From: Azolla caroliniana
Lineage: Eukaryota; Plantae; Polypodiophyta
DNA: 64,000 nucleotides
Assembly (NCBI GenBank): GCA_043228905.1
Contig: JBHGNT010000022.1
Span: 7,254,001 to 7,318,000 of the forward strand
Reading direction: 5' to 3'
Position numbers and translations under genes: made by a program. The notes under the pieces are model-generated. The model was not told where the DNA came from. It searched no databases and worked only from the letters and a program-made list of their open reading frames with translations. Below, one piece after another: positions 48,836 to 62,200 of the stretch; within the stretch, counting starts at the first letter, position 1; every line of letters starts with the position of its first letter.

Positions 48836-51819
48836 ATCATGAAACGCCTAATTTCCTTAAAACCTAATACTTCATGTTCTCTATCGCCACAAAAAACAAA
48901 AGTTTTTTCGAGCATAGAAATTTTCTTCTGTCTTTTCTCATAAATAACCGCCTTCATCGCCATCTCTACGAATATCAGATATATTTCACGAAGACGAAAA
49001 CATGCCGATCCATGTATCTGATAATCTTTGACAGTGGCTCGACAACAAAGGACTTCAGGGTTACCTAAGAGTGGCGGATTCCAAACCTCACCCACGCTCC
49101 ACAGAAGTGATTCAGAGCATTGACATCACCAAATTAACTAACTAACACGTATGTCGTGTGTTAAACTTAATAAAGAAAAGGTTTTGATGTAGTCCAGAGA
49201 ATGGATAACGACATGTTGCGATCATATTTCGGAGAATACTCTCCGTCAGCCAAAGCATATCAGACATATGGTGGGGAGGACGAGTTTTTTCATGAAATCG
49301 CCAAATTTCTACTAGAAATTGCTTTATTTAGTCCTAGGTTTTATTGTATGCCGAAAAAACAAGCAGGATTTATTACAACACCTTATGAAGGGGAAATTTC
49401 TTATTGGGGCCTCTTAACAGCCGAGGCACTCTAGGAGCAGCTTAAGGTGGTACATGGAGGTAAACCAATGAAACCCATCTTTGCCCAATGGCTGGTTGTT
49501 ATGTGTCTGACACCATGTTCGGAAAATCGACAAAATGAGTCGAGGCCGGCAAGGAAATAGTCGGTACACAAGGCCAGGAAACAAGTGCCCAGAGAAGAAT
49601 GGAACGAATCAGAATCGAGACATGTCGAGGGTAATCAGTCGGAACTAGTTCGACATTCGGAATCAAATACTTCACCTTTTCCGGAGATGGCACAGTCTTG
49701 TAGGCCAACATTCATTCTAGCACCCACCCCAGCTCCAGAACCAACCCCATCTCCAAACCCAAACCCGACTACACCGGAACCACATCCAAGCTCAGATATG
49801 GAACAACTGACATAGGCACAACAGCAAGCTCCGATTTGGACTACCAAAGAAAGAGTGTGTCAAGTAAAACAAAAGGCACATCGTTTTCAGCACACTGACC
49901 ATGAAGAACCTACAAGAAGAAACAAAGAACTGAGGAACAACTAACACAAGTGGAGTTTTGTGCAAACCCAGAAGACACAAGCCGAATTCAAAAAGAAAAA
50001 TCATCAGTCACAACAATTCAGGAAGCAACAGGGTTTTCCGAAATACCGCCCGCAGCACATAAGTTGGCAGCCATACTACAATTCGGTACATCTTACGAAT
50101 TGGTAGAATGGTTAGCACAGCAGCAAGCTCCGATTTGGACTACCAAAGAAAGAATGTGTCGGGTAAAACAAAAGGCACATTGTTTTCAGCACACTAACCA
50201 TGAAGAACCTGCAAGGAAGAAACAAAGAACTGAGGAACAACTAAGTCAAGTGGAGCTTCGTGTAAACCCAGCAAGCCGGATTCAAAAAGGAAAATCATTA
50301 GTCACGACAATTCGGGAAACAACAGGGTTTTCTGAAATACCGCCGGCAACACATGAGTTGGCAGCCATACTACAATTCGGTACATCTTACGAATTGGTAG
50401 AATGGTTAGCACGCCGATTGCAAGAAGTGTCAGAAAGAATGGCACAAGAACATAAGGATCAGATTATAATCCAGAAGACATTGGTAGGCGTTGTCGACCC
50501 GGAAGCGCAGCAAGAAGTCAACCGGATTGGCCAACAACACAATACCAAGAATAAGGGGGAAGCCATACATTTGGCTCCGTTGCATGAGGCACTAGTGGAA
50601 GTACACAAAGAATATGAATGCACGAGTAGAGTAGCCAAAGATATGGTTGAATTGTATAAGAAAGCAACGACGGCATCGGAAGTATTAAATGATAAGTGTA
50701 CAAGAACGCAGGCTAAAAAAGAAGAGTTGTCATATAAATTCCGACAGACTGAAGAGAAGTTGAGGAAAGTTGAAGAAGAACTGTTAATACACCAACAACC
50801 GGCCAAGCTTTCCGACTTTGAACAAGAACTGAACTGAAGATTGTAGGAAGTAGAAGCATCTACTCAATGTACAATAGCCCGGGCAGTTACTTTTGGCCAA
50901 AATAGAAATTGCCAAGTGGTTGGATGCAAAAGATGCAATAATACAACGACTCAAACCACAGCTAGCGCAACAGGAAGAGGAGAAAAGGAAACAGGTGGAA
51001 TAGATACTGGAGTTAGAAGAGTATGTGCGTATTCAAGAAGATTATTTTTCTGACCAGATTGTTGAAGCAAAGCTCAAAACTACAGCCGCACAAGAGGTGC
51101 ATGAAAAAAACAAGCGACAATGGGAATTGACGAATTCTGAGTTGCAAAATCGTTGCACAGAATTAGAAGATAGGTATGAAAGAAAAGGACTAGACCTATT
51201 GGTCGCTGAAGCAAAACTCTTGCAAGCGGAAGCATCGGCCACTTCACAGTTAACAAATCTATGCAAACAATTGGCATGCGCAGAATACAGGGTCAGCATG
51301 GGTGAAGAAAAAATTAACGCAATACTAAAACGCCATAGAATCAACACTTTGAAGCTATTATCTGATTCATTGGACAAAGGGTGGCAGACATGGTCAAAAC
51401 AAGCGGCGGAACTACAACATTAAGGGCCGACAGGGACAATCAGAAAACGCAAGGGTATAGATTCTTCAAGATGACAGAAGAGGCAATATCAGTGGTCCAA
51501 GAGGAGATTTCTTGAGATTTGTATGAGATGGCAGCAACTCATCGAGAAGAGATAAGTCAGCTTATGCAAGAATTTGATAAGCATGAAATCAACACCTCTG
51601 TGCAGTTAGATGCGTATGAACAAACCAAAAGAAGTCAAACACCTGAGCTCAATGCCACAACATATCCCACAACCACCAACAACACCCCACAACGCTAACA
51701 AAGAAGAAGCTAATGACACTAATTCTGAGGAAGGAGACCAAGGCGAACCATCGTTGTTCGACATTTTGCAGGATGACGCAGAAGATGAAGACAACCCTCA
51801 CTCCGACCAACAGGGGTAG
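48836..51819 (+). pseudogene. Extra 3' ORF of gypsy H (globular N-part plus a long coiled coil)
   Basis: Same-strand ORF pieces 49201-49434, 49950-50837, 51025-51423 and 51610-51819 lie between the integrase and the 3' LTR. The C-part is rich in E/K/Q/L heptads. Confidence 0.65.
49816..50413 (+). repeat. ~300-bp tandem duplication in the extra ORF
   Basis: GCACA(A/G)CAGCAAGCTCCGATTTGGACTACC at 49816 and 50115. The peptide LAAILQFGTSYELVEWLA occurs twice. Confidence 0.85.
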
Positions 51820-51827
51820 TCTAATGT

Positions 51828-51869
51828 TGTGGGTTCGACCGGGCAAGGCCCTAGCCCACAGGTGTGCCA
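51828..51869 (+). other. tRNA-Arg-like 3' half (T-stem to CCA) at the expected PPT position
   Basis: TGTGGGTTCGA-[CCGGGCAAGGCCCTAG]-CCCACAGGTGTGCCA, ending 2 nt before the 3' LTR. Confidence 0.55.
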
Positions 51870-54800
51870 AGTGTTAGCCGGACAGGATGGCCGTCGGATA
51901 AATGTGGAAACATCAGAGTCAACAAGGTTCGGAAAGTATGGAGTTAGAGTCAGATCGACTATGCGGATTGATGAGTCAGCAGTTTTGCCAACTAAATAAA
52001 AAATACTAATATTAATTAGGGTTAGTTAGAGTTTTGTTAGTTCTTGCTGATAAGGCAAATTGTAATTCTTGATAGAACGACCTATTGGGTTACCTATAAA
52101 AAGGAACCCAAGGCAATGTAACACTATCGTCTGTTTTAGTTAATATAGTTTTTAGTTGTAGAGCACTTCTGTTAATATTTATATAGATCTATATGTTGTT
52201 CTACTATAATTGTACTAACTAACAAAATCGGTCACGATACAGAATACGGTATCATAGGATATGATTAACATAGTTTAATCCATTCGTACTCTACAACTCT
52301 TTGATAGAACGTTCAGAACATAACATTCGACTCTACTAATTGTTGGTGACAGAGTAGGTTGTTGACCGAACAACACAGCTCCCCATGCAAGAATGTTGTC
52401 TTGACATCCAACTGTTTGATCTCCAAATCCATGCTGGAAGCTATGCTCAGAACAATTCTAATGGATGTCATCTTCACTATTGGAGCGAATATTTCGTCAA
52501 AGTCGACGCCCTTTTCCTGTTGGAAACCCTTCACCACAATGTGGGCTTTATACCTAGGTGCACTGTCGACTTCTCTAGTCTTCACCTTGTAGACCCATTT
52601 GTTCCTAAGTACTCTCTTACCTTTCGGTAATTCTACCAGATCGTAGGTGTAGTTTTCGTGCTAGGAGTCCATCTCATCTTGCATCGCGCTCAGCCATTTC
52701 TCTTTGTGCTCGTCGGCAATGGCTTCATCAATCAAGAGGATGTATTGACTAGCATATATCTTGCACTCCCCATTTCTCTGAGTGGGTATCTCCTTCCACT
52801 CATTGTCGGCTCTCGTTCTGGTGTCTCAGTTGACTCTCCTCTTTACTTGGGTTCATATATGTTGATCGGCTTCTGAACGTTGGACGACCCCAACTCGTAT
52901 TCCTTGATCAATCTTAATAGCTCTGCCGACTCAAACTCATAGTCAGTCAATCTCTCCGACTGGACCGACTCGGAATCGGTTGTGCTGACTGGCGGTCTCC
53001 GAACAACCGACTTTGTCAGTTCACTTGGCCTCAAGTTGATAGTAGTAGAGGTTGATTGGGTAGTCGATTCCGACTTCTATTGGTTCCAGTCCTCTATCGT
53101 CTTGTCTTCCAAGAAGACTACATGTCGACTCCTCACTACTTTCTTGTCGACTAGGGCCCATAGCCTATAGCCAAACTCATCTTCCGAGTATCCCATGAAT
53201 ATGCATGGCTTCGACTTACTGTCAAGCTTCGACCTCTGATCTTTAGGCACATGCATATACACTAGGCATCCAAACACCCTCAGGTGTCGGTAGGAGACAT
53301 CCTTTCCTATCCATACCCTCTATGGAACATCACCTTGCAATGGTACTGAGGGAGACCTGTTGATCAGATAAACAGCTATATACATCGCCTCAGCCCAATA
53401 CAATTTTGGCAATTAGGATGAGAGAGCATACTACTCTCTCCATGATTGTCCAGTTCATCCTCTCTGCAAACCCGTTCAACTCAGGGGTCTTCAGTACTAT
53501 GTATTCTATTCCTTGGGCCTTGCAGTATTCCTCGAACCGCCCTTTATATTCGCCACCATTATCGGTTCAGACAACCTTCAACTTTTGACCCAACTCTTGT
53601 TCGGCTCTTGCCTGGAACTCCTTGAAGAACGTCAATACTTGGTCTTTTGACTTTAGTACGAAAGACCACAACTTCCGACTATAGTCATCGATAAAGGTCA
53701 CAAAGTATTGTTCGCCTCAGTGTGACGGAGCATCTACATAACACACATCTATATGTACTAGTTCCAGTGGCACTTCTCTTCTCCTTGGTGGTCTAGAGTG
53801 GAATGTTGCTTTGTTCTGGTTTCCAACGAAGCAGTCGACACACTTCTCCAGGTGCACTCCCTTTACATCTGGTAGAAGCTTCTGGTTGGCCAACAGATGC
53901 AGTCCCTTGTCACTCATGTGGCCTAGCCTCTTATGCCATATCTGTCCTACTGAGTCGGCTGCCACATTCACTTCCAACTTGCACAGTCGGGCTTGCATCA
54001 TATACAATGTGTCGTCTTTTTGTGCTTGGGCCACTATAAGATTTCCTCGGTAGAACTTCCATTTCCCATTTCGGAAGCTACCACTATAGCCTTCGTCGTC
54101 CAGTCTTCTAGTCGATATCAGATTCAATATGATATCGGGGACGTGTCGAACATCCTTCAAAGTCAATCGACACCTTGTTGACGTCATCAAACAAACACTT
54201 CTGGCTCCGGCTATCTTGCACTCCCCATTGTCACCCATCTTTACATAACCATGATCCTCAGCTATGTAAGTAGAGAAATACTCTCTCAATGGAGTTATAT
54301 GGAAAGATGCACCGGAGTCGATAACCCAAGTGCATTCCTCACTCGCTAGGTTTGCACTTGCCTGTTCAGAGATGAACAGAAGTTCTTCATTGCTCGTAGC
54401 AATGGCTGAAGTGTACTTTTCATCATTATTACCGACACTCTTTTCCTTTTTAAGGTGTTGGCAGTCCTTCTAGAAATGTCCAGGCTTTCCACAATAAAAG
54501 CACACGAGCTTTCCTCTAGACTTCGACCTGCCTTGAGACTTTTCTCTCCTTGGTGGACTCCTTTGCATACCCCATGAATGTGTTGATATGTTCGACAATG
54601 CTCTCACCGTCTCTGTATTTCAGCCATATGATCTTTCTCATCAGTGAGGTTTTATTGATGGCGTTCTTCCTCTCATATAGACCCGATAGCTTCTGCCACA
54701 TCTCGTGGGCATTTGTGTCGTTTGCCACATGCTGAAGGACACTTACATCGATGTATTGTTGGATGGTGGCCACTTCTTTTTTATTAAGAAGTTTCCACTC

Positions 54801-57800
54801 CGACTCTAATACCCCCGTGCGTATTTATGCTCTATCGATTGGCTTCTATAGATCTTTGACTATGAGAAGGTTCTCCATCTTTATCTTCCAGTTTGCATAG
54901 TTCTGAGAGTTTAGAACTATCATACATGGGAAATCACACACACCTCCTTCCATGCTTGCACCTCAAACTCTGATACCAATTTGTAGAGAAACGAATCATC
55001 AATCCACAAGAAAAGGGAATATGCTGAAATTCACAGTTAGGAAACTCAAGAAAACAGTATGCACAGATTTTACGTGGAAACCCTAAAACAGGAGAAAACC
55101 ACAGAGAACGGAGCTTCACTATACAGTGGATGTATAAAGACGAGATTAGAGTACAACACTCTCTACACCGAGTGTATCAGCCACACAAGGCTCCTATTAC
55201 AGAACATAGCTATGGTGCCGCTCGCTCTGTCTGATCACGTTCTCACACTTCTCTATCGCTCGCTACAACAAAGGATCACACTTTGTTCTCTCAACAATAA
55301 CTACACGCTCTCTATTGTTTTCCCTAGGTGTATTTATACTACTACACAGTACTGGCTATTTACAAATGTAGCCCCTACTATACATCACTACTATTATTAT
55401 CTATAATAATAAGTAGCTATCAGCCGACTCTAGTGACGGTTGTCCAGTCAGTCCGACTAGTCGGCCTGGTCATCGACCATCTGGTCGGCCCGACTAGTCG
55501 GTTGCATCTTCAACCTGGATCACCTTTCTGTCGACTCTTCAATCATCGGTGCTCAACCCGAATAGTTGGCTCCTCTTAGTCTTCAACTGTCGGCACTTCT
55601 CGGCCCGAACAATCACCTCCTCCCACTGGAGGGACATATTCCTAACATAAACGAGCATTCATTATATACAGTGTTGGTTTTACGGGCTCTGGCCACGATC
55701 AGGCGTCCTCGGCAGAAATTCATGATGTTGTTCTAGATTTTACCTATGTAGCCTTCATCATCCAACCGACCGGCTGATATTAGATTCAATTTGACTTCTA
55801 GAATGTGTCGTACATCTCCAACACTAGTCTGCACCCGGTTGAGGTTACCCAACACACATCTCCAATGCCAATGATTCGGCATGCTCCTTCATTCGCCATC
55901 TTTACAAGACCGTGTTCTTCAGCCTTGTATGATGAGAAGTACTTTCGGTGAAGGGTTAGATGAAATGATGCACCCGAATCAACCACCCATATCTATGCTT
56001 CACTGACAAGATTGACCTCATTTTGTTCACTAATCAACAACAACTCCTCTTCACTCATGGCGATTGCTAAGGTGTTCTTCCTGTTCGGGATTTTTTTCGG
56101 CTCTACACCATCAGCTCCCCCTTTATCCTTTTGAAAGTGTCGGCAATTCTTTTGGAAGTGCCCTGGCTTCCCACAATAGAAGCATGTGGGCCTCCCCCTC
56201 GACTTCAACCTTGTCCCCAACTTATCTCTATTCTGGGGACTTCGATTTCAGCCTCTTCCTCGATTCATGTCACTTTCCGTTACTAAGGCCTTTGGGTCGG
56301 CAATGGACTCTCGGTCCTTCTGGCGAGCTTCTTCATTCAATCAGCTCGACTTCACCTGCTCTAGGGACATATGCTTCCCTTCCAGTCCAACGTTGCCCAA
56401 TGTGACAACGAGTGTTCCCCAACTGTCCGAAAGGGATCCCACCAACAACAGTCCTAATTCCTCATTGGCTAGAGGTACTTCTAGAGAGGTGGTTTGGTTC
56501 ATCAGTCCTTGGAAGGAATTAATGTGCTCCACCATGTTGGAGCCGTCTTGATACCTGAGTCTCACGATTTTTCTGAAGACTAAGACTTTGTTCACGACGT
56601 TTTTGTTTTCGAACATGACGGTGACCTTCTTGCACAAGACATCTGCTTCTGTTTCTTCAACGAAGTTGTTGTACATACTCATGTCTATAAAACACCCTAT
56701 ATATGCGACCGCTTTCAAATGCAACACTTCCCAAGTCACTGCATCGATTTTGTCTGGCCTTTTATCTCTGAACTACGTCGACAACCAGAGGTCTTTGCAC
56801 ACGAGCATGTCCTGCATCTTCAACTTCCACACCGAATAGTTGGAGCAGATAAATTTGAATATGTCGTCAAATGATTCTTCCATCGGTCTGATACCAGTTT
56901 GTTAGGATCGTGACCGGCCATAACCGATTTCACTCTCGAATATTTGGGTGCAAAGAATCGACAATGACACGGACAAAAAACCAGAAACGAGAATGTACTG
57001 AGACACAAGATATTTAACGTGGAAAACCCGAAGGGAAAAACCAAGGGGGTCCACAAACCCCAAGAAAATAGAATCAATATAATTGAGAGAGGAATACAAG
57101 GAGACTCAGAGGCAACAACCTCGAGCTTGTCTTCGTCTAGCAGACAGTGGCAGAATCACACACACACACACTCTCTCTCTCTCTCTCCTACTAGTTATAG
57201 AGGCAACCACCATCTCTAACTATCTTACAACCAATAATAAGACAACTCTCTATAAAAGGTTTAGGCTAGTTGTATATATATTTATACAACTTTCTAGCTA
57301 TTTACAAGTATAGCCCACATGGGGCATATTTAGACTATTTACAAATATAGTCTCCCGAATTGGTTGTGAAATTGATTTTCGATTTCGATTTCAGCCTTGG
57401 CCTATCAACATCGGCTGAATTACCCATGTGTCTTTGATTCGGTTTGTTCTCTTCTTCCCATCCGGAGGGACATTTTTTCCCAACAAAATGTGGCAATTGA
57501 CACAACCGGTGAGCTATGGCATAAGAGGCTATGCCACATAAGTCAGAAGGGCATGCAGATGCACCGAAAAGGAACACTTGCCAGAGGTGAGGAAAATGAA
57601 TCTAGACAAATGCCCTGACTGCTTGGCCGGAAAATAGAATAGGACCACCTTTCACCCCAGGCCTCCGAAGAGGAAGAAGATGTCATTGGAACTCATGCAT
57701 ACGGATGTATGTTACATAGATCCCAAGTCTCATGCTGGTTCACAATATTTCGTGACCTTCATAGATGACTATAGTCGGAAATTGTAGGTTTCCACATTGA

Positions 57801-58286
57801 AGACAAAGGACCGGGCGTTGTCTGTTTTCAAAGAATTCTAGGCAAGTGCGAAAAGAGAATCCAGACAAAAGTTGAAGGCTACCTAGACGAATAATGGAGG
57901 GGAGTACAGAGGAACGTTTGAGGAATATTGTCGTGCTCAAGGTATCCGGCTGGAATACACATTGTCGAAGACTCCGAAACTAAACGGAATGACCGAATGG
58001 ATGAACCGAACCGTGATGGATAGGGACCGATGTATGCTAGCACACACTAAGTTGCCAAAAACCTATTGGGGGCCAAGTGAAGCACAATGATCATTGGAAT
58101 GCATGTCGGTTCATCATGCTTGCTATTTAAAATACTCATTAGGTGGTTCCACTTTTGGGGAAGGAGTGCATTTCAGGCTTGGTGTGGATTTTACTTCAAT
58201 AAAAGGAAACTAGCCATTCTCTCTCATGAGAACCCATATATCATCGAGGGCAAAAATCTTTTGTAGTGTCTTGCTATGAGTCTTTG

Positions 58287-59201
58287 TGTTAGCTGGCCGG
58301 CAAGGGAAGTCCAGAATGTGAAAAGGGGGATGATTAATAACCGGGAGCTGATTATCTATAATATAGAATTATTATGATTTTGAGAAGCGAACGGATGGAC
58401 CCGGAATCGGTATGCCGATCCGGATATGGACCGGTTCGTAGCCGGTTGCTTGTTGGCACCGATTTGTACCTAGAGCTAGAGACCTATAAAAGGGGCCGGT
58501 TAGATTGTAATCATTAGCGGATAATTAATAAGAGTGTTGTTGTTTTGTATCTTAATCAAGTTAATTACCGGTCTATGCTAAGTGAAATCTATCTTATGCG
58601 TGTATTGTGGCTAATGATCTTGCCGATTAGTAACCAATTAGGGTTTCATTAATAGTTCGGTCTAAGTTTATCTCACCGCAACACCCCTTTGGTGAAGTGT
58701 CTCAAAGGGACACCCTATGTTCCCACCCAACGTGCCATGTGTTAGCCAGCCAGCAAGGGAAGTCCAAAATGGGAAAAGGGGGGTGATTAATAACCGGGAG
58801 CCGATTATCTATAATATAGAATTATTATGATTTTGAGAAGCGAACAGATGGACCCAGAATCGGTATGCCGATCCGGATCCGGACCGGTTCGTAGCCGGTT
58901 GCCTGTTGGCACCGATTTTTACCTAGAGCCGGAGACCTATAAAAGGGGTCGGTTACATTGTAATCACTAGCGGATAATTAATAAGAGTGTTGTTGCTCTG
59001 TATCTTAATCAAGCTAATTACCGTTCTATGCTAAGTGAAATCTATCTTACGCGTGTATTGTGACTAATGATCTTGCCGATTAGTAACCAATTAGGGTTTC
59101 ATTAATAGTTCGGTCTAAGTTTATCTCACCGCAACACCCCTTTGGTGAAGTGTCTCAAAGGGACACCCTGTGTTAGGCCATTGTCCGGCCCTAGCAATAA
59201 C
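58287..59201 (+). mobile_element. Element K: two adjacent ~435-bp LTR copies of an H-like family with the interior collapsed
   Basis: Direct repeats 58287-58721 and 58740-59174 start TGTTAGC like the H LTRs and carry a plus-strand CTATAAAAG box. The spacer contains TCCCACCCAACGTGCCA. Confidence 0.7.
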
Positions 59202-62200
59202 TGTTGGGAGACAGGTCCCTCCAGATGGGAAGGGAGAAGAACAATGCCAATGAACAAACTCGGCCGAGGCCGAAACCGTATGAGGTGGACCCGGCTACGG
59301 AGAGCCGGATGATGCAGACCCGGTATGAAGACCGGATGAGGAGTACCCGGCTACAGAGGGCCGGATGATGCAGACCCGGTGAAGACCGGATGAGGAGTAC
59401 CCGGCTACGGAGGGCCGGATGGTGCAGACCCGGTATGAACCGGATGAGGAGGACCCGGCTACGGAGAGCCGGATGATGGAGACCCGGTGTGAAGACCGGA
59501 TGAGGAGTACCCGGCTACGGAGAACTGGATGAAGAGACATATTCTTAAATATGTTTTCTGATAGTCCATCGAGGCTATATTTGTAAATAGCCGAAAAGTC
59601 ATATTAGTATAAATATGACTTAGGGCAAACTAATATGGTAGTTGTTGTCATTTTCTTGTTGGTGCAAGAAGAAGAGAGAGTACATAACGTTGTACAGAGA
59701 GAGAGAGAGAAAGAGGTCGTTGCCTCTATTGTAACCGCCGCCTGTGGCGAAGATCGTGAGTCCGAGGTCATTGCCTCTGTAAACTCACTGTTTTGTACAG
59801 TCTTACATAGTGACAGTTTGCAGCCTGTGGGCTGCCGTGGTTTTTCCCCTAGTTTGGGGTTTTCCACGTAAACATCCTGTTTAATTTTTTTTTTTCCTTC
59901 TTCTTTGTGTCACGTCTTATTTCCCGTTTTCTGTGTATCATTCTAAGCTTGGTTGTGGCCGAGCGTTGCGCATAAGGAACGACCAGTTCCCGTCAAGTGG
60001 TATCAGAGCGAGACGACACAGAAAATGGACGAATCGTTTGGCGGCATGTTCAAGCTCACCGGCTCCAACTACTCAGTGTGGAAGTCAAAGATGAGGGACA
60101 TGCTCGTGGTTAAAGACCTCTGGCTGCCAGTTTAGTTCGGGGACAAGAGACCGGATAAAATCGACGCCGCGATATGGGAGGTGATGCACATGAAGGCAAC
60201 GGCATGTACATACGGTGCTTCATCGACATGAGCATGTACAACAACTTCAATGAAGAGAGCAAGGCTCATGAGCTCTGGGAGAAGATCGGCATAATGTTTC
60301 AAAACAAAAATGATGTTAACCAGGTTTCGGTATTCCGGAAGCTAGTAAGACTCCGATACCAAGATGGCTCCAGCATGGCGGAGCATATGAATGCCTTCCA
60401 GGGGCTGATACACCAGGCAACGTCATTGGAAGTACCTCTTGCCGATGAGGTACTAGCGCTACTCTTGCTCGGTTCCCTCCCGGATAGCTAGGAGACGTTG
60501 GTTGTCACTTTGGGCAACGCCGGACCGGAAGGAAAACGGTTATCCCTAGCAAGAGTAAAGTCGAGCTTGCTAGATGAGGAGGCGCGTCGGAAGGATAAAG
60601 ATACGAGCTCCGACTCCAAAGCGCTCCTTACCGAATCGGAACGCGGAAGACATAGAAACCGTTGTCCCCAGAACCGGGAGAAGTCGGGGACACGGTCAAA
60701 GTCAAGGGGGAGGCCCACTTGCTTCTATTGCGGCAAGCCGGGTCACTTCCAAAAGAACTGTCGGCATTTCCGTAAAGACAACGAAACCGACGGTACCGAT
60801 TCGAAGCAAACCCCGGACCGGAACGGTAAAGACCGGAGGGGGCTGGACCGGAAGGGAACGATGGCAATCACGGCAAGTGAAGAAGAGTTGATGCTCATCA
60901 CCGAGGAGAGTGAGATAAACCTTGCCGGCGACGAGATGACCTGGGTGGTAGACTCCGGAGCATCGTTCCACCTTACCCCGGACCGGAAATGCTTCTCATC
61001 CTACTCAGCCGGTGATCACGGCTGTGTCCGGTTGGGGAATGAAGGTACATGTCGAATTGTCGGCATTGGAGACGTGTGGTTGTCGACACCAACCGGATGC
61101 AAGCTGCTGCTGAGGGATGTCCGACACGTTCCGGAGGTTCGTCTGAACCTGATACCAGCCGGTCGGCTAGATGATGAAGGCTACACGGGTAGCATCCGGA
61201 ACGGTGTCGTGAAGTTCAACAAAGGGAGCCTGATTGTGGCTCGGGCCCGGAAGGTAAACACCCTGTACCTGATGAATGCCCACTTATGCCCGGAAGAACT
61301 GAACGTGGCATCCAACACTGCCGGTGAGCTGTGGCACAAGAGGCTGTGTCATATGAGCGAGAAGGGGATGAAGAGGCTTGCAGACGACAACCTCATTCCT
61401 GTGAAGAACGTGCACTTAGAGAAGTGCACTGATTGTCTGGCCAGTAAGTAGAACCGGACCTCCTTCCGACCAAGGCCACCGATGAGACGTAATGCACCAC
61501 TGGAGTTGGTGCATACAGATGTGTGTCAGGTAGACACGAAGTCACATGCCGGAGTGCAGTACTTCGTGACGTTCATAGATGACCACAGCCGGAAGCTTTG
61601 GGCCACACCGTTGAAGACGAAGGATCAGGTGTTATCCGTCTTCAAAGAGCTCCACGCGAGAGTGGAAAGAGAAACCGGTCGGAAGTTGAAGGCGGTTCGA
61701 GCAGATAACGGAGGAGAATACCGGGGGCAGTTCGAGGAGTACTGCCGCTCGAAGGGAATCCGGCTCGAATTTACCGTGCCGAAGACGCCGTAACTAAACG
61801 GACTGGCCAAGAGGATGAACCGGACCATAATGGAGAGGGTGTGGAGTATGCTAGCGCATGCTAAATTACCCAAGAAGTTTTGGGTTGAGGCACTGTCGAC
61901 GGTGACATACGTGATAAACAGATCACCCTCAGTAACCTTGGACAGAGACACGCCACAGAGAGTTTGGACCGGTAAGTATCCTACCGGCATCTGAAGGTGT
62001 CCGGGTGTCTTGGGTACGTGCATGTAGCTAAGGACCAGAGAGGAAAGTTAGACCCAAAGACCCGGCCATGCATATTCCTCGGTTACGGCGACGATGAGTT
62101 CGGCTACCGTGTGGGACCCGGTCGACAAGAAGGTGTTCCAAAGTCGAGATATTATCTTCATGGAGGACAAGACGCTCGCCGACTGGGAGTCGGAGAAAAA

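Larger units (their letters stand above)
36978..52375 (+). mobile_element. Element H: decayed non-chromovirus-like Ty3/gypsy with a 3' extra ORF, inserted in the RT of F
   Basis: LTRs 36978-37445 and 51872-52375, and TSD CAGCT (host LHGEL|DEQIY). tRNA-Arg-type PBS TGGCACGCCCGGT at 37455-37467. Gag, VDGGSG protease, FLDD RT, VDAS RNase H and integrase follow. Confidence 0.9.
35094..55647 (-). mobile_element. Element F: decayed copia with both LTRs, inserted in E
   Basis: LTRs 54982-55647 and 35094-35769, TSD TAAAC, iMet PBS 54968-54978. Confidence 0.9.
32328..57485 (-). mobile_element. Element E: decayed copia with both LTRs
   Basis: LTRs 56900-57485 and 32328-32931, iMet PBS about 56888-56896, PPT about 32933-32943, TSD ACATG/AAATG with one mismatch. 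Confidence 0.85.
32230..58075 (+). mobile_element. Element G: copia integrase-region fragment (32230-32327 plus 57491-58075), outermost host of the nest
   Basis: ..LYVMHARLSQNEVH|VAIDTTGELWHKRLCH.. rejoins across element E. Confidence 0.75.
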
